A DNA stretch of 64,000 bases, from positions 4,568-68,567 of the forward strand of contig CAJFUN010000028.1 of assembly GCA_904420205.1 (NCBI GenBank), written 5' to 3'. The notes below the pieces were generated by a model. The model saw only the letters and a list, made by a program, of their open reading frames with translations, had not been told where the DNA came from and did not search any database. This DNA comes from Candidatus Parachristensenella avicola (lineage in GTDB: Bacteria; Bacillota; Clostridia; Christensenellales; UMGS416). Shown in pieces: positions 17,865 through 27,967 of the stretch (positions are counted from its first letter, which is position 1; every line of letters begins with the position of its first letter). Made by a program: the position numbers and the translations under genes.

Positions 17865-19334
17865 GTGGAGTATGCTGTTTCTCCTGAATCGCAGGGAATT
17901 TCCAGCTCACAGATCGCCGCTTACTTAGCGCTGCTTCAATCACGCCATCTTGCCATGCACGATATCTTGATCTCCCGCGGGGACCACGTGCTTTTCGAGG
18001 CCTACTATCCCCCTTTCCGCGCCGGCGAGGCTCACCGTCTCTATTCGGTTTCCAAGAGCTTTGTGGCGCTGGCCGTCGGCTTCGCCCTGGAGGATGGGCT
18101 GCTTTCCCTTGACGATCCGATGTCCAAATATTTTGAGCGGGAGTTGGAAGGGCAGCCTGACGGCAATCTGCGGCGGCAGACCATCCGCCATATGATGATG
18201 ATGAGCACCGCTAAGCCGGGGGAGGATTGGTTTTCCGCCCGCACCGACGATCGGGTACGTTTTTATTTTCAGAACCGCCGTCCGGAAACCCGTACGCCCG
18301 GCCTGCAGTTTGAATACGATTCCAGCGGCACCTTTGTCCTCGGCGCCCTGGTGGAGCGGCTTACCGGCAGAAGCCTTTTGGATTATCTGCGGGAAAAGCT
18401 TTTTGACCGGATCGGCGTATCCCATCGGGTAAGGGCGCTGTCCTGCCCCGGCGGGCATACCTGGAGCGACTCCGCTTTCCTCATGCCGCCGGATGATCTT
18501 TGGCGCGTCGCGCGTTTTGTGCTCAATGGCGGTTGCTGGGATGGGAAGCAGCTGCTTTCTCCCGAATATATCCGTGAGGCAACCTCCAAGCTTATTTCCA
18601 CCGGCGATGGTTACGGCATTGAACGGCAGGGCTACGGCTACTATATCTGGAAGGCCTACGGGAAAGGCTTTTTCTTCAACGGCATGGGTTGTCAGTTCGC
18701 GCTTTGCGTGCCAGAGAAGGACCTTATTTTGATCTGCAATGCCGATAACCAAGGCAATGAGGCGGCCAAGGATATCATCCTAGACGGATTTTATCAGATG
18801 ATTGTTGCCCATGCGGGCGAACCGCTGCCCGAGAACCCCGCAGCCGCCGAACGTCTGGCCTGCGATGTGCGAGCACTGAAGCTTTTTGCCGCATATGGCG
18901 CTCCTCGGTCGCCGATGGAAGAAAAGATCCGCGATGCGGCCTACCTGCTTCAACCGAATCCCATGGGCATCTCCCGCTTATCGCTGACTTTTACCTGCGA
19001 CGGGGGTATTCTCTCCTATACCAACGCGCAAGGCGAAAAGCATCTCCCCTTCGGGCGGTGTGAGAATGTATACGGTGATTTCCCGCAGCAGGGGTATGCC
19101 GACCAGATCGGTTCCGTCCCCGGCAGCCGGCTGTACCGCTGCGCCGCCTCCGCCGCCTGGAAGGAACCTGACACGCTGTGGCTCAAAGTGCAGATCATTG
19201 ACGACTATCTGGGCAATCTTGATGCGATTTTTACCTTCCCAGAGGACGGGCGAGAGCTTTCCCTCACCATGCGCAAAACTGCCGAGGATTTCCTGGATGA
19301 ATATAAGGGCGACGCTGCAGGCCGCCGTCAATAG
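17865..19334 (+). CDS. serine hydrolase, beta-lactamase (class C / PBP4-like) family
   Basis: SxxK motif SVSKSF near the N-terminus. GTG 17865 is preceded by GGGAGGG. Confidence 0.7.
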   Translation: MEYAVSPESQGISSSQIAAYLALLQSRHLAMHDILISRGDHVLFEAYYPPFRAGEAHRLYSVSKSFVALAVGFALEDGLLSLDDPMSKYFERELEGQPDGNLRRQTIRHMMMMSTAKPGEDWFSARTDDRVRFYFQNRRPETRTPGLQFEYDSSGTFVLGALVERLTGRSLLDYLREKLFDRIGVSHRVRALSCPGGHTWSDSAFLMPPDDLWRVARFVLNGGCWDGKQLLSPEYIREATSKLISTGDGYGIERQGYGYYIWKAYGKGFFFNGMGCQFALCVPEKDLILICNADNQGNEAAKDIILDGFYQMIVAHAGEPLPENPAAAERLACDVRALKLFAAYGAPRSPMEEKIRDAAYLLQPNPMGISRLSLTFTCDGGILSYTNAQGEKHLPFGRCENVYGDFPQQGYADQIGSVPGSRLYRCAASAAWKEPDTLWLKVQIIDDYLGNLDAIFTFPEDGRELSLTMRKTAEDFLDEYKGDAAGRRQ

Positions 19335-19363
19335 GGCTCTTGGTTAAATGCAATAGAGAAATG

Positions 19364-19402
19364 GAAGGGCGCGCTGGATAGCAGCGCGCCCTTCTGTTTT
19401 TT
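19364..19402 (+). terminator. intrinsic terminator
   Basis: Stem gaagggcgcgctg / cagcgcgcccttc followed by tgtttttt. Confidence 0.8.
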
Positions 19403-19424
19403 CCGCTTGTTCATTCCGGGAATT

Positions 19425-20267
19425 TCAGCCCTTGGCCACCGCTTCCCTTTTTTCTAAATAAGTCCGGCACATCTGCACCCAGTCGGTCTGGATAATATCA
19501 TATCCCGCGGCAGCCAGCCAGCCCCAGCCCTCGTCCGGATTTCCCATAAGGGAGCGGTCATCGCTGTGTCCCGCAGCCAGCACAGCCCGGAAATCATATA
19601 CAATGGCATTAACCCAGATAAGCAGGCCCCGTTCATGCATCCAATCCCGGTAGTCCGCCTGGGCGGTTGGGCTTTCTTCGGTCGCAAAAATTACTTCCGC
19701 TCCGATATATCGTATATCGCGCTTCAGCAGCGTATCGCAGCAGGTATCCTGCTCTGATACAATGGGCATATAGGGCAGATCCGGCGCATACGCTTCAACC
19801 TGGTCGAACCAGAAAGGATCGGCAGCTGTTTTGACGATCACCTGATCCTGCATATCCAGGTTTCGCACCGTTGCCGTGATTTCCGGCATGCAGGTCCAGA
19901 ATTTGTCGATATTCACATAGCAGCGCCCTTTCAAGAAGGATAACGCCTCCTCCAGGCGGCTAACGCGGTGCTCGGTAGGCGTCCCGTCTTGGTTGATAAA
20001 GCGCAGCTGCTCCACCTCATGAGCGGTCATATCCTGAATGAGCCGATCGCTGCCAAGATGCGGACGCTCCATGCCCGGATGAAAGACAAATAGCACGCCA
20101 TCCGCGCTTCGGGCCACATCCAGTTCCACGATATCCGCCCCCTGCCGCAGGGCAATCTCATAGGCTGCCTGGGTATTACAGGGAATATTGCCCCCAGCCA
20201 CCCCCCGGTGAGCGGCCAGCAGCGGCCGCTTATGCGCCGCTTGGCCTATGGTATCAATCCCAATCAT
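19425..20267 (-). CDS. glycerophosphodiester phosphodiesterase family protein
   Basis: AAHRG..N and ELDV motifs. Start set to the internal ATG 20267 (MIGIDTIG); the track ORF starts at 20387. Confidence 0.75.
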   Translation of the reverse strand: MIGIDTIGQAAHKRPLLAAHRGVAGGNIPCNTQAAYEIALRQGADIVELDVARSADGVLFVFHPGMERPHLGSDRLIQDMTAHEVEQLRFINQDGTPTEHRVSRLEEALSFLKGRCYVNIDKFWTCMPEITATVRNLDMQDQVIVKTAADPFWFDQVEAYAPDLPYMPIVSEQDTCCDTLLKRDIRYIGAEVIFATEESPTAQADYRDWMHERGLLIWVNAIVYDFRAVLAAGHSDDRSLMGNPDEGWGWLAAAGYDIIQTDWVQMCRTYLEKREAVAKG

Positions 20268-20720
20268 CTCCGTATCCTCGCTTTCCGCTTTCGCTACAGC
20301 CACGCAGCTGCTCGGAGCATCTTCCCCTGCACCATATGCAGGCAAAACCGCCCTGTGGAGATCGCCTCCTCGAAGAACATCATCCATTGCTCCCCATCAT
20401 CTATCACCCAGCGGGTTATGCATAGATGCAGCTCCCGGATTCAATACAGCTTTCATCCCAAAGGCGAGCCAATCTCCGGCCCGCCTTTTTCAGCCGGCCA
20501 GATAAAACCGCTCTTGCTGCTGGGAAAAACGCAGGGGGCCCCGTCCATTTGTCCCGCAGCCCTCCGTCCTTCTTTATCCTACACAATCCGCCCGGTTATT
20601 GCACAAAATTTCCGGATCGCCTTACCTTGCTGTGGCCGGCTTCTTCGCCTACCGCGCCTCTTGCATAAATGCTGAATGGATAAATGGCCGGCTTGTCCCC
20701 CGCCCGTTTTGCCTAGTTTC

Positions 20721-22274
20721 CTATCGAATCACAATATCCCGGGCAAAATCCATAACCTTCACCCGTGCCGCCGCAAGGGTTGTCACCGGCTTGCCGTTCA
20801 GCCGCAGGTTTTCAATGAGGATATCCCGGGTATCGTGTTCGTCATCAAAGCCCTGAAAGGTCGAGGGCGGCATTTTAGGCGCAGAAACCTCGATATTGCG
20901 AAAAATAATGTGCCGGTTCCGGCCCCGGCGGCTCAGTCCCCCGGAATATTCCGGATGCTGGTATACGATGGCGCACATCAGCTCGGGCATATAGTCGTCC
21001 TCCGGGTTTTCCGGATAGGTCTCTCCGTCGCGCGTCTGCAAATAAGGTCTGCGGCTTGCGCCGTCATATTCCACCCGAATATCCTCAAATATGACATCGT
21101 GCACATGGGCATAATCCACATTCTGCACATCCATCACAATATGGCAGGCCCGGATAATATCGCAATTACGAAAAACAATGTGGTCGATCTCTTCCACCCG
21201 GGTTTCTGCGCCGATCTCCAGGCAACGGCCCCAATCGCACCAGATCACGCAATTCTCCGCCAGATAATCGCGGCAATCCTGACTGTATACCGGCTTTTCA
21301 TCCTTCCCTTCAGGGGTTATGACGCCAAAGTTCCCCTTGATACACAGCGCGTCGTCATAGGTGCGGATAAAGCAATTCTCAATATGGATACGCTGGCAAT
21401 TATGCAGGTCGATGCCGTCGGAATTATAGCGCCAGCATCCGATAATCTTCACCCGGTCGATATGTACGTCTACGCAGCCTAGCAAAGCAATGTTGTAAAC
21501 CAATGAATCCCGGATGGTAATTCCTTCAATGGTTAGGCCTCTACAGTCCCGGATATCAATGGTATTGGCCCGCCGGGCGTTGCCCACGTCAAAGCTGCCC
21601 ACCTTGCCCATGCAGATGTCGTCGCCATCTTCTACTACGCCGGAGGAAGATTCACCCTCTGCCGGGACGGGCTCCACCTGAAAAAGGATTTCTTCCTTAT
21701 TACGGGAATTATCCAGGATTCCGCGGCCTATGATACGCACATTGTCCGCATCTTTAGCCTCAACGGTGGCATAGAGCACCGCGCCCTCATCCAGATACAG
21801 CGTCTGGTTGCTGGTTAGCGTGATCACCCCGCATTCGTGAACGCCGGGCCCAAAATAAATAACATCCGGATCCTCTGGGCGGACCGCATCTTGCTCCGGA
21901 GGGTCCGCCAGGATATGCAGCGCATGATGCGGCCCGTCCAACTCCAGCGTATATCCGCCCGGCTCGGTCAGCGTAAAGCTCAGCCTACGGCCCTGCCGCG
22001 CGAGCTTTACGCCTTTGGAGAGGGGACGGATCACAGCTTCTTCAAAATCCTTCTCCACATCCACGGTAAAGTGGGCGCTGCCTTCCATGGAAAACGAAAC
22101 AAAGCCCGCTAATTCCGACTGAGCGATCTCTCGCTGATGACCCGGCCATCGCCGGTTGATAGGGGCGGCGGATACCCGCATCTGTCGGAGCAGTGCAGGC
22201 TTTCCGTCAATCAACACGCTATAGCCTGTAGCCAAGGATTCGCCCTGTGGAATCGGATAGATATGGGATGCCAT
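20721..22274 (-). CDS. glycoside hydrolase family 28-like (right-handed beta-helix) protein
   Basis: NSDGIDLHNC and YDDALCIKG correspond to the GH28 NTDGID / DDCIAIK motifs. Start ATG 22274 is preferred because the upstream pseudogene ends at 22292. Confidence 0.7.
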   Translation of the reverse strand: MASHIYPIPQGESLATGYSVLIDGKPALLRQMRVSAAPINRRWPGHQREIAQSELAGFVSFSMEGSAHFTVDVEKDFEEAVIRPLSKGVKLARQGRRLSFTLTEPGGYTLELDGPHHALHILADPPEQDAVRPEDPDVIYFGPGVHECGVITLTSNQTLYLDEGAVLYATVEAKDADNVRIIGRGILDNSRNKEEILFQVEPVPAEGESSSGVVEDGDDICMGKVGSFDVGNARRANTIDIRDCRGLTIEGITIRDSLVYNIALLGCVDVHIDRVKIIGCWRYNSDGIDLHNCQRIHIENCFIRTYDDALCIKGNFGVITPEGKDEKPVYSQDCRDYLAENCVIWCDWGRCLEIGAETRVEEIDHIVFRNCDIIRACHIVMDVQNVDYAHVHDVIFEDIRVEYDGASRRPYLQTRDGETYPENPEDDYMPELMCAIVYQHPEYSGGLSRRGRNRHIIFRNIEVSAPKMPPSTFQGFDDEHDTRDILIENLRLNGKPVTTLAAARVKVMDFARDIVIR

Positions 22275-22291
22275 CGAAACACACCTTTCTT

Positions 22292-23124
22292 TCATTGCTT
22301 TACCGGCTGACACTTAGGGCGGTAATAGATATTCCCGCCAAGATACGCCTCCCGGATGATCCCGCCACCGCAATGGGGCAGGGGAATTGATACGTTTTAC
22401 TGGACAGCATGACCGGGTACCGCCGCGGGCGCCCGAAAAGATCTTTTCCGTGCTGCGCCCGCCTTCGTCCGTCATAGCCCGGAGCGTGTCCTTCCCGCTG
22501 TGATACAGCCCTCCGAATGCTTCATCAGTAAGCAAGTTTAGCTTGGTTTTTGGATTAACCCCTACCATAAAGAGGATATCCTGCAAAACCCCATTTCCCA
22601 GGCCGGAATGCGCTGTTCTGAAGCGGGGAATGCTTTTACCGTGATAGCCGGTTTCACTATGCTGCGGCACAGGCTATCGAAATACGCTTCATCGAAGGGC
22701 TCCGCCAGCGGAGACGCCTTCGTCCTGGCTCCCCGATACTATGCGTTATCCGTCATGCCCTCTTCCGGGAAAACCCATATCCTTCCATACATCTGGATGG
22801 TGCATAGGAGGCTGCGTCCATCATCCAGCTCCATATATAGCTGATGCTTGGCCGGATGCTTTTCCCCGGGGCCATAAAGGCGAAGGTTGGCGCCATCGCT
22901 TACCACCAGGCGCGTCTGCTCTATATGAAGCTGAACGAATCCCCCGAAGGATGAGGCACCGTCGATCATCCGTCCCTCCAGAAGCGGTGTGTATTGGGCC
23001 GGATCACCGCAATAAGAGGCAAACGGTGGAGCGACGCTGCCGCGGCCAGCCGCACAATACGCCGGCCAACTAGATTCATTCGCATCTCCTGAGCCAAATT
23101 TCCCGCTTTCGGTATTTCGATCAT
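22292..23124 (-). pseudogene. Fpg/Nei (endonuclease VIII-like) DNA glycosylase pseudogene
   Basis: Pieces lie in three frames. MIEIPKAGNLAQEMRMNLVGRRIV is my translation from ATG 23124. The middle part ends in an in-frame TAG (22739-22741). The H2TH motif GLGNGVLQDILFMVGVNP is in another frame, and the Zn-finger remnant CGGGIIREAYLGGNIYYRPKCQ in yet another. The 833-nt span is not a multiple of 3. Confidence 0.75.
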
Positions 23125-23380
23125 GGCCTATCCTTCTGCGGCGTTCTCTCAAAGGCACACCGTTTTTCCCGCGGTGCTCAAGGCTGCGGCAATTGCCCCA
23201 ACCCCCAAATTGCTGATGCTGCGCTCGCCCATTCGCTGTCAAGATCAAATCCGTTTGACGCTCCTGGTCAGCCATCCATGCCGGCCTCTGATAGGATTCA
23301 TTTCGACGCAAGCAGCACTTTTCCTTCCAGGAAAAAACCGCCGTATGCATTCCGGCGGCTTGTACAAATTTTTCGTCCCA

Positions 23381-24031
23381 TTACCGGGGGCGAAGCCAAA
23401 GCTGGCCAATCCCCCACCCAAAGGTGCCGATCGCCAGGCAGCGCGGAACCAACACATCCAGCACATAACCCGCCGGCGCCATCCCTGTCAGCGAATAGAT
23501 AAAATTCAGCTGAGGCAGATCCCGATAAAGCATCAACTGCAGGCATACAAAGGCCGCCACCAGCACAAGGCCCATGCTCACTTTCCGCGTAGCGCACAGC
23601 GCCAGGAACCCAACGCCCATGACCGCATAGCCCTGCAACAGGGTCAGGAGAAAGAGATTGCCCCAAGGGATCCGCATGATCGCCGCGATGGCGGCGCATA
23701 TCAGCGCCGTCGCGGCCCCGTACAGTCCGAAGAAGCGCGCCTGACGTATGAGGCCCCAGTATAGCGGCGTGCGGGCATAAGTAAAGCCCAGTTCCCCACC
23801 CTCCGTATCCAATAAAGTCTGCATTAGCATCAGCGTGCCATAGGCGCCCAAGGAAGGAACCAACGCCTCCAGCGCCGGCAGCGTGATGGTGTTGGGCAGA
23901 TCCTGCCGGTCTAGATTGACCTGCACAAAATAGGCCGTTACCACAAAAAGGATCCCGATGATTCCTACGGCGGCCAGATGCCCGCTGATCTCCCGGAGGT
24001 CATGGCGGAATTCCCGCATCACACGCTTCAT
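23381..24031 (-). CDS. 6-TM membrane protein, probable ABC-2-type permease partner
   Basis: 216 aa, hydrophobic throughout. Its start overlaps the stop of the ABC ATPase gene. Confidence 0.65.
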   Translation of the reverse strand: MKRVMREFRHDLREISGHLAAVGIIGILFVVTAYFVQVNLDRQDLPNTITLPALEALVPSLGAYGTLMLMQTLLDTEGGELGFTYARTPLYWGLIRQARFFGLYGAATALICAAIAAIMRIPWGNLFLLTLLQGYAVMGVGFLALCATRKVSMGLVLVAAFVCLQLMLYRDLPQLNFIYSLTGMAPAGYVLDVLVPRCLAIGTFGWGIGQLWLRPR

Positions 24032-24888
24032 AGCGCCCGATCCCTCCCCAACAGATAGGTGTAGCTATCCTCCAAGGTGGGGATGGCCGCGCCGTCGGCT
24101 TGCTCGTCCAAATAGCGCACCCGGTATCCCTGGCCGGTGGGCGCAAAGGAGATGACCGTATGATCCTTTTCCAGTCTCCGGAATGCCGCCTCCTCCATGA
24201 CCTGCTCCTTAACATGGCCGCCGGCCTCCGCCTGGATGGCCAGCGTGGAACCGCTCGTCACGATCCGTCCGTGGTTCATAATGGTCACCTGGTCGCAGAG
24301 GCTTTCCACATCGTCCACAATATGACTGGAAATGAGGATGATCCGCTGCCCATCGGCATAATCCCGGATCAGCTTACGAAGATGGATGCGTTCCGCCGGA
24401 TCCAGCCCCACTGAGGGTTCATCCAGGATCAAAAGCGGCGGTTCACCCAGCACCGCCTGGGCGATCCCCAGCCGCCGCAGCATACCGCCGGACAGCTGGC
24501 CCACCCGCCGGTTGGCGTATTCGGTCAGGTTGGCCCGTTCCAGCGCCAGTTCCACCTGATGCTTTTCCTGTCCGGCCGGCACATCCTTCAAAAGTGCCAC
24601 GTCCCGCAGCGCTTCGGCTACCTTGAGGTATTTATACATGCTGAACTGCTGGGGCAGGTAACCAACCTTTCCCTTAATGCCGCGGGGACGGCTCCAGTTC
24701 AGCTCGCCCCATACGATTTCGCCCTTGTTGGCGTCCAGGATCGTGGCTAGGATGCGCATCATCGTCGTTTTACCCGCCCCATTGGGCCCCAAAAGCCCCA
24801 CAATGCCTGGAGCAAAGGTAGCACTCACTTCGTTCAGCGCATCCACCCGGCCAAACTGCTTGCATAAGCCCTTGATGACGATATCCAT
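24028..24888 (-). CDS. ABC transporter ATP-binding protein (ABC-2/DrrA-like)
   Basis: Walker A GPNGAGKTT, signature LSGGMLRR, Walker B LLILDEPSVGLD. ATG 24888 (MDIVIKGL) has an AAGGAGG RBS. Confidence 0.9.
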   Translation of the reverse strand: MDIVIKGLCKQFGRVDALNEVSATFAPGIVGLLGPNGAGKTTMMRILATILDANKGEIVWGELNWSRPRGIKGKVGYLPQQFSMYKYLKVAEALRDVALLKDVPAGQEKHQVELALERANLTEYANRRVGQLSGGMLRRLGIAQAVLGEPPLLILDEPSVGLDPAERIHLRKLIRDYADGQRIILISSHIVDDVESLCDQVTIMNHGRIVTSGSTLAIQAEAGGHVKEQVMEEAAFRRLEKDHTVISFAPTGQGYRVRYLDEQADGAAIPTLEDSYTYLLGRDRAL

Positions 24889-24889
24889 G

Positions 24890-27100
24890 CTACGCCTCCT
24901 TATTCTCATAAAGCATCTGGATCACTTCGCTGATTGGGATCACTTCCCGCTTCAGCAGCCGCTGATACCAGGCGCGGAAGGTGTCCTCAAAGCTTTCCCC
25001 CGCGCGCATGCGCTCCAGGATGGTACGAACCTGTTGCTTTTCCGTCTTGGTCAGGTGATGTCTATCCTCTTCCGGGGTTGGAACACCCATGTAGGTATCA
25101 TAGACAGTGTCTAAATCGTAATTGATAAAATCACTGACTTTCAGATCAAAGGTTTCATCATCCCACGTTTCAGCTGTTAAACCATATTGATAAAACATTC
25201 CAAACAGGTAATGACCAGTATGGGAACTATCCACCGGATAGCCAGTGCAGGGGTTCACCAGATAGCCGGCCACAAGGTCGGCATTTACCTTAGAAACAAA
25301 ATCCTCCGGTCTTTCGGAACTCCACCACAACCACCAAGAGGAAATAGCATACACATTCTCTTGGCGGACCTCCCAGCGTCCGCCCCGGCTGTATAGTTCC
25401 TGAAATCCAACATCCGAGGGATAGGGAATCTGGACAACAACGATTTCCTTGGGGGCTTCCGGCATGCGCAATACACCCATTTTTTCGCTATGTTCCGCCA
25501 GGATCGGATAGGCCTCCGCTGCGGTGGCCCCGTAATCCTGAGCCACATCGAACACGCTGGCCGGCGCGTAAACTGTAACCTCCCGCGCTTCGTCCTCATA
25601 GCGCACCATGCCGCTGTAAAGGGATACGCCATCGCGGGAAAGACCGCTGTAGATGCCGCCGTCCGCTGTCAGATTCGTATACAGATGGCCCGGGCCTCGA
25701 TAGCGCAGGGTATAGGCAACCTCATCCTCCCGCTGCCAATCCTCTATGAAGAAATCTTCGGAAAGGTAATAATCATAAATATTACGGTATCTGGTATAGG
25801 TCTTTATCCCCGGCCATGGGATCCAGGGGAAGGAGCCGTTGAGCTGCACGGTGGTCTCATTGGCCGGATAGATGGGCAGGCTATAGCCATGGTAAGCGAA
25901 TTCCACGGTAATGGCGTCTCCAGCCGCCTTCTCCGCTGGAAAATTAACCATCAGGCCGTCGTGGCTGCGCTCAAAGGCGGCTGGCTGTCCGTCCACCATC
26001 ACCTCATCCACCTGAAAGTCGGAATACAAGGTGAAAGACTGGCCGGCTGCCGCTTCCGTCATCTCGCCCTGGATGGTGACCCGGCAGCGGATGCCCTGGG
26101 TGGAGCTGGTAAAGTCAATGTCCGTCTTTTGGAGCTTAATCCGCTTTTCCAGCGGGAAAGCGTCGGTCAGGCTCACCGGTTCTCCTGGACGATATAATAT
26201 ATATTTTCCTTGTGCATATTTCATTGCAAGGTCTTGTGCTCCAAAGCGTTCATAGAACACATGATATCGGGCGCACATGCCACCGGCAAAGACGACCGTC
26301 AATACGGCGGCGGCGGCGGAAACCGCCAGGCCCTTTCCCCTCTCCCGTCGGAGGCCGGCCCGGCTCAGGCTTCCGCCCACATAGGCGAGTCCCGCCATTA
26401 CCAGCAAGCCTAACCGCGCCAGCCACCGGGGCAGCTCCAGCGCCGGCCCTGTCAGGAAATTGCCCGGATACCGGAAGCTCTCAATGCCCATGTTGAAAAA
26501 GCCCTTCCAAAATCCGCTGTTGGGTACGCCCGCCGTCTCCAGCATGCTGTATATATCGCTGCCGATGCTGGCCGTCAGGATCCAGATGGCCATGGCCGGA
26601 AGATAGACGATCTTCCCTTGGATCCATTGGCTCAGCAGCAGGCCGGTCAGGCCTAGGAGTCAGCAGGGCAGGCAGTACTGCAGCAGGATATCCCCGGTTA
26701 GCTGTCGCAGCCAAAGCCCTGGTGCGCCCTGGATGACCGGTCCCGCCAAGCAGCCCGCCATCATCACAGCGCTTACCAGTATAGCCATCGCACCCATCGC
26801 CAGCACCTGGCCCAAGGCCCATAGCAACGGGCCCTGCCGTAATGTCGGGATGACGGCCCGAAAGCCCATGCTATCCTGTTCCCGTTTGGTCTCAATGCCC
26901 ATCATCAAAAAGGTCAGCGTCAGCACCATCTGGCCATAGGCCGCCATGTGCAAGGCCATATATTTGGTACCGGGCTCTTTATAGACGAAATAGTAGCACC
27001 CCAGGCTGCCCGCCAGCCCGATTGCCAATAACAGCATCCATTTGATGCTTCGGAAAAAGGATTTGAGCACGAGGCCGGAGATGCACCAAAGCTTTTTCAT
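24890..27100 (-). pseudogene. ABC-associated polytopic membrane protein with a ~470-aa extracytoplasmic domain; the frame is broken by one in-frame TGA
   Basis: Track ORFs 26660-27100 and 24890-26593 are in the same frame. The 22 codons between them read LLGLTGLLLSQWIQGKIVYLPA without a stop. The only interruption is the TGA at 26660-26662. It may still be expressed as 146-aa and 567-aa halves. Confidence 0.6.
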
Positions 27101-27134
27101 GCATTTTACTCCTTATCCTTTACATAGCTTGTTT

Positions 27135-27166
27135 GAAAAAATGGGGTGATGTACCGACATCACCCC
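27135..27166 (-). terminator. intrinsic terminator inside the operon, after the two small secreted-protein genes
   Basis: On the minus strand: ggggtgatgt-cggt-acatcacccc followed by T6 (complement of 27135-27140). Confidence 0.8.
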
Positions 27167-27187
27167 ACTCAACTACCAGTATGTCAG

Positions 27188-27565
27188 TTATTGAGCCATT
27201 GACCCGTTACCGTTATGGTTCGCCCAATAGCAGTGGAGCCATACGCGGAACTGACCCGTCAGCGAAGAGTTCGCCCACGTCCATCTAGCGCTATCGCCTG
27301 GATATAAATCTCGGTCGCTCTTGAGCACCTCGAAAGTCGTTCCCTTAGTCAATAAGTTAGACGACATGATATTGCTAGGATCAGAGCTGGAATAGCTTGT
27401 GCCGCGGCAGGTTACGTTCTTGGCTGCCAATGTTTGATATGGGCCATACGACTGCACAGTGCCCTTGCTTATCGTTGTAGCCGATGTACCGGCCATTACC
27501 GGTGCCGTTCCGAGAGCGACAAGCAATGCGGCTGTTGCAACGGCTGTAATATGTACCTTTTTCAT
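27188..27565 (-). CDS. small secreted protein, paralogue 1 (bacteriocin-like candidate)
   Basis: 125 aa. Sec signal peptide (..APVMA/GTSA). Mature part of about 100 aa with 2 Cys. AGGAG RBS. Confidence 0.75.
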   Translation of the reverse strand: MKKVHITAVATAALLVALGTAPVMAGTSATTISKGTVQSYGPYQTLAAKNVTCRGTSYSSSDPSNIMSSNLLTKGTTFEVLKSDRDLYPGDSARWTWANSSLTGQFRVWLHCYWANHNGNGSMAQ

Positions 27566-27577
27566 TTTAATTTACTC

Positions 27578-27967
27578 CTATTGACTTGCAGAGCCGCGTC
27601 CGTTATGGTCTTTATTACCACAGTTTAACCAGATCCGGAATTGGCCAGTTTCACTATTTGGGTATGTCCAACTTTCATAATCACCAGCATAAAAATATCG
27701 ATCATCTTTAAGCACTTCAAAAACAGCACCCTTTGTCAGCAAGTTAACGCTCATTTTTGTACCAGATGCTGACGATGTATAGCTCTCCCCAATGCATCGA
27801 ACAGACCTAGCACTCAATGTCTGATATGAGCCATAACGATCCAATTGTCCCTTGCTGATAGTAGCCGAGGAAGTTCCCGCCAAAGCGGTCGTCGCCATGA
27901 GTGCCAACAGCAGCGCGGCCGTAGCAACCGCAGTTATACGCAGCTTTCTTCTCATTTGTTGAACCAT
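27578..27967 (-). CDS. small secreted protein, paralogue 2 (bacteriocin-like candidate)
   Basis: 129 aa. Signal peptide (..TTALA/GTSS). About half of the aligned positions match paralogue 1 by eye. GC is visibly lower than in the neighbouring genes. Confidence 0.75.
   Translation of the reverse strand: MVQQMRRKLRITAVATAALLLALMATTALAGTSSATISKGQLDRYGSYQTLSARSVRCIGESYTSSASGTKMSVNLLTKGAVFEVLKDDRYFYAGDYESWTYPNSETGQFRIWLNCGNKDHNGRGSASQ

Noticed and set aside
26640-26662. The in-frame TGA as selenocysteine or programmed read-through; a small hairpin (aggcc-tgacc-ggcct) lies just downstream.
   Set aside because: The hairpin is only about 5 bp and does not resemble a bacterial SECIS. The context is a TM segment of a membrane protein. 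TGA is used as a normal stop by many genes in this window. A nonsense mutation or sequencing error is simpler.
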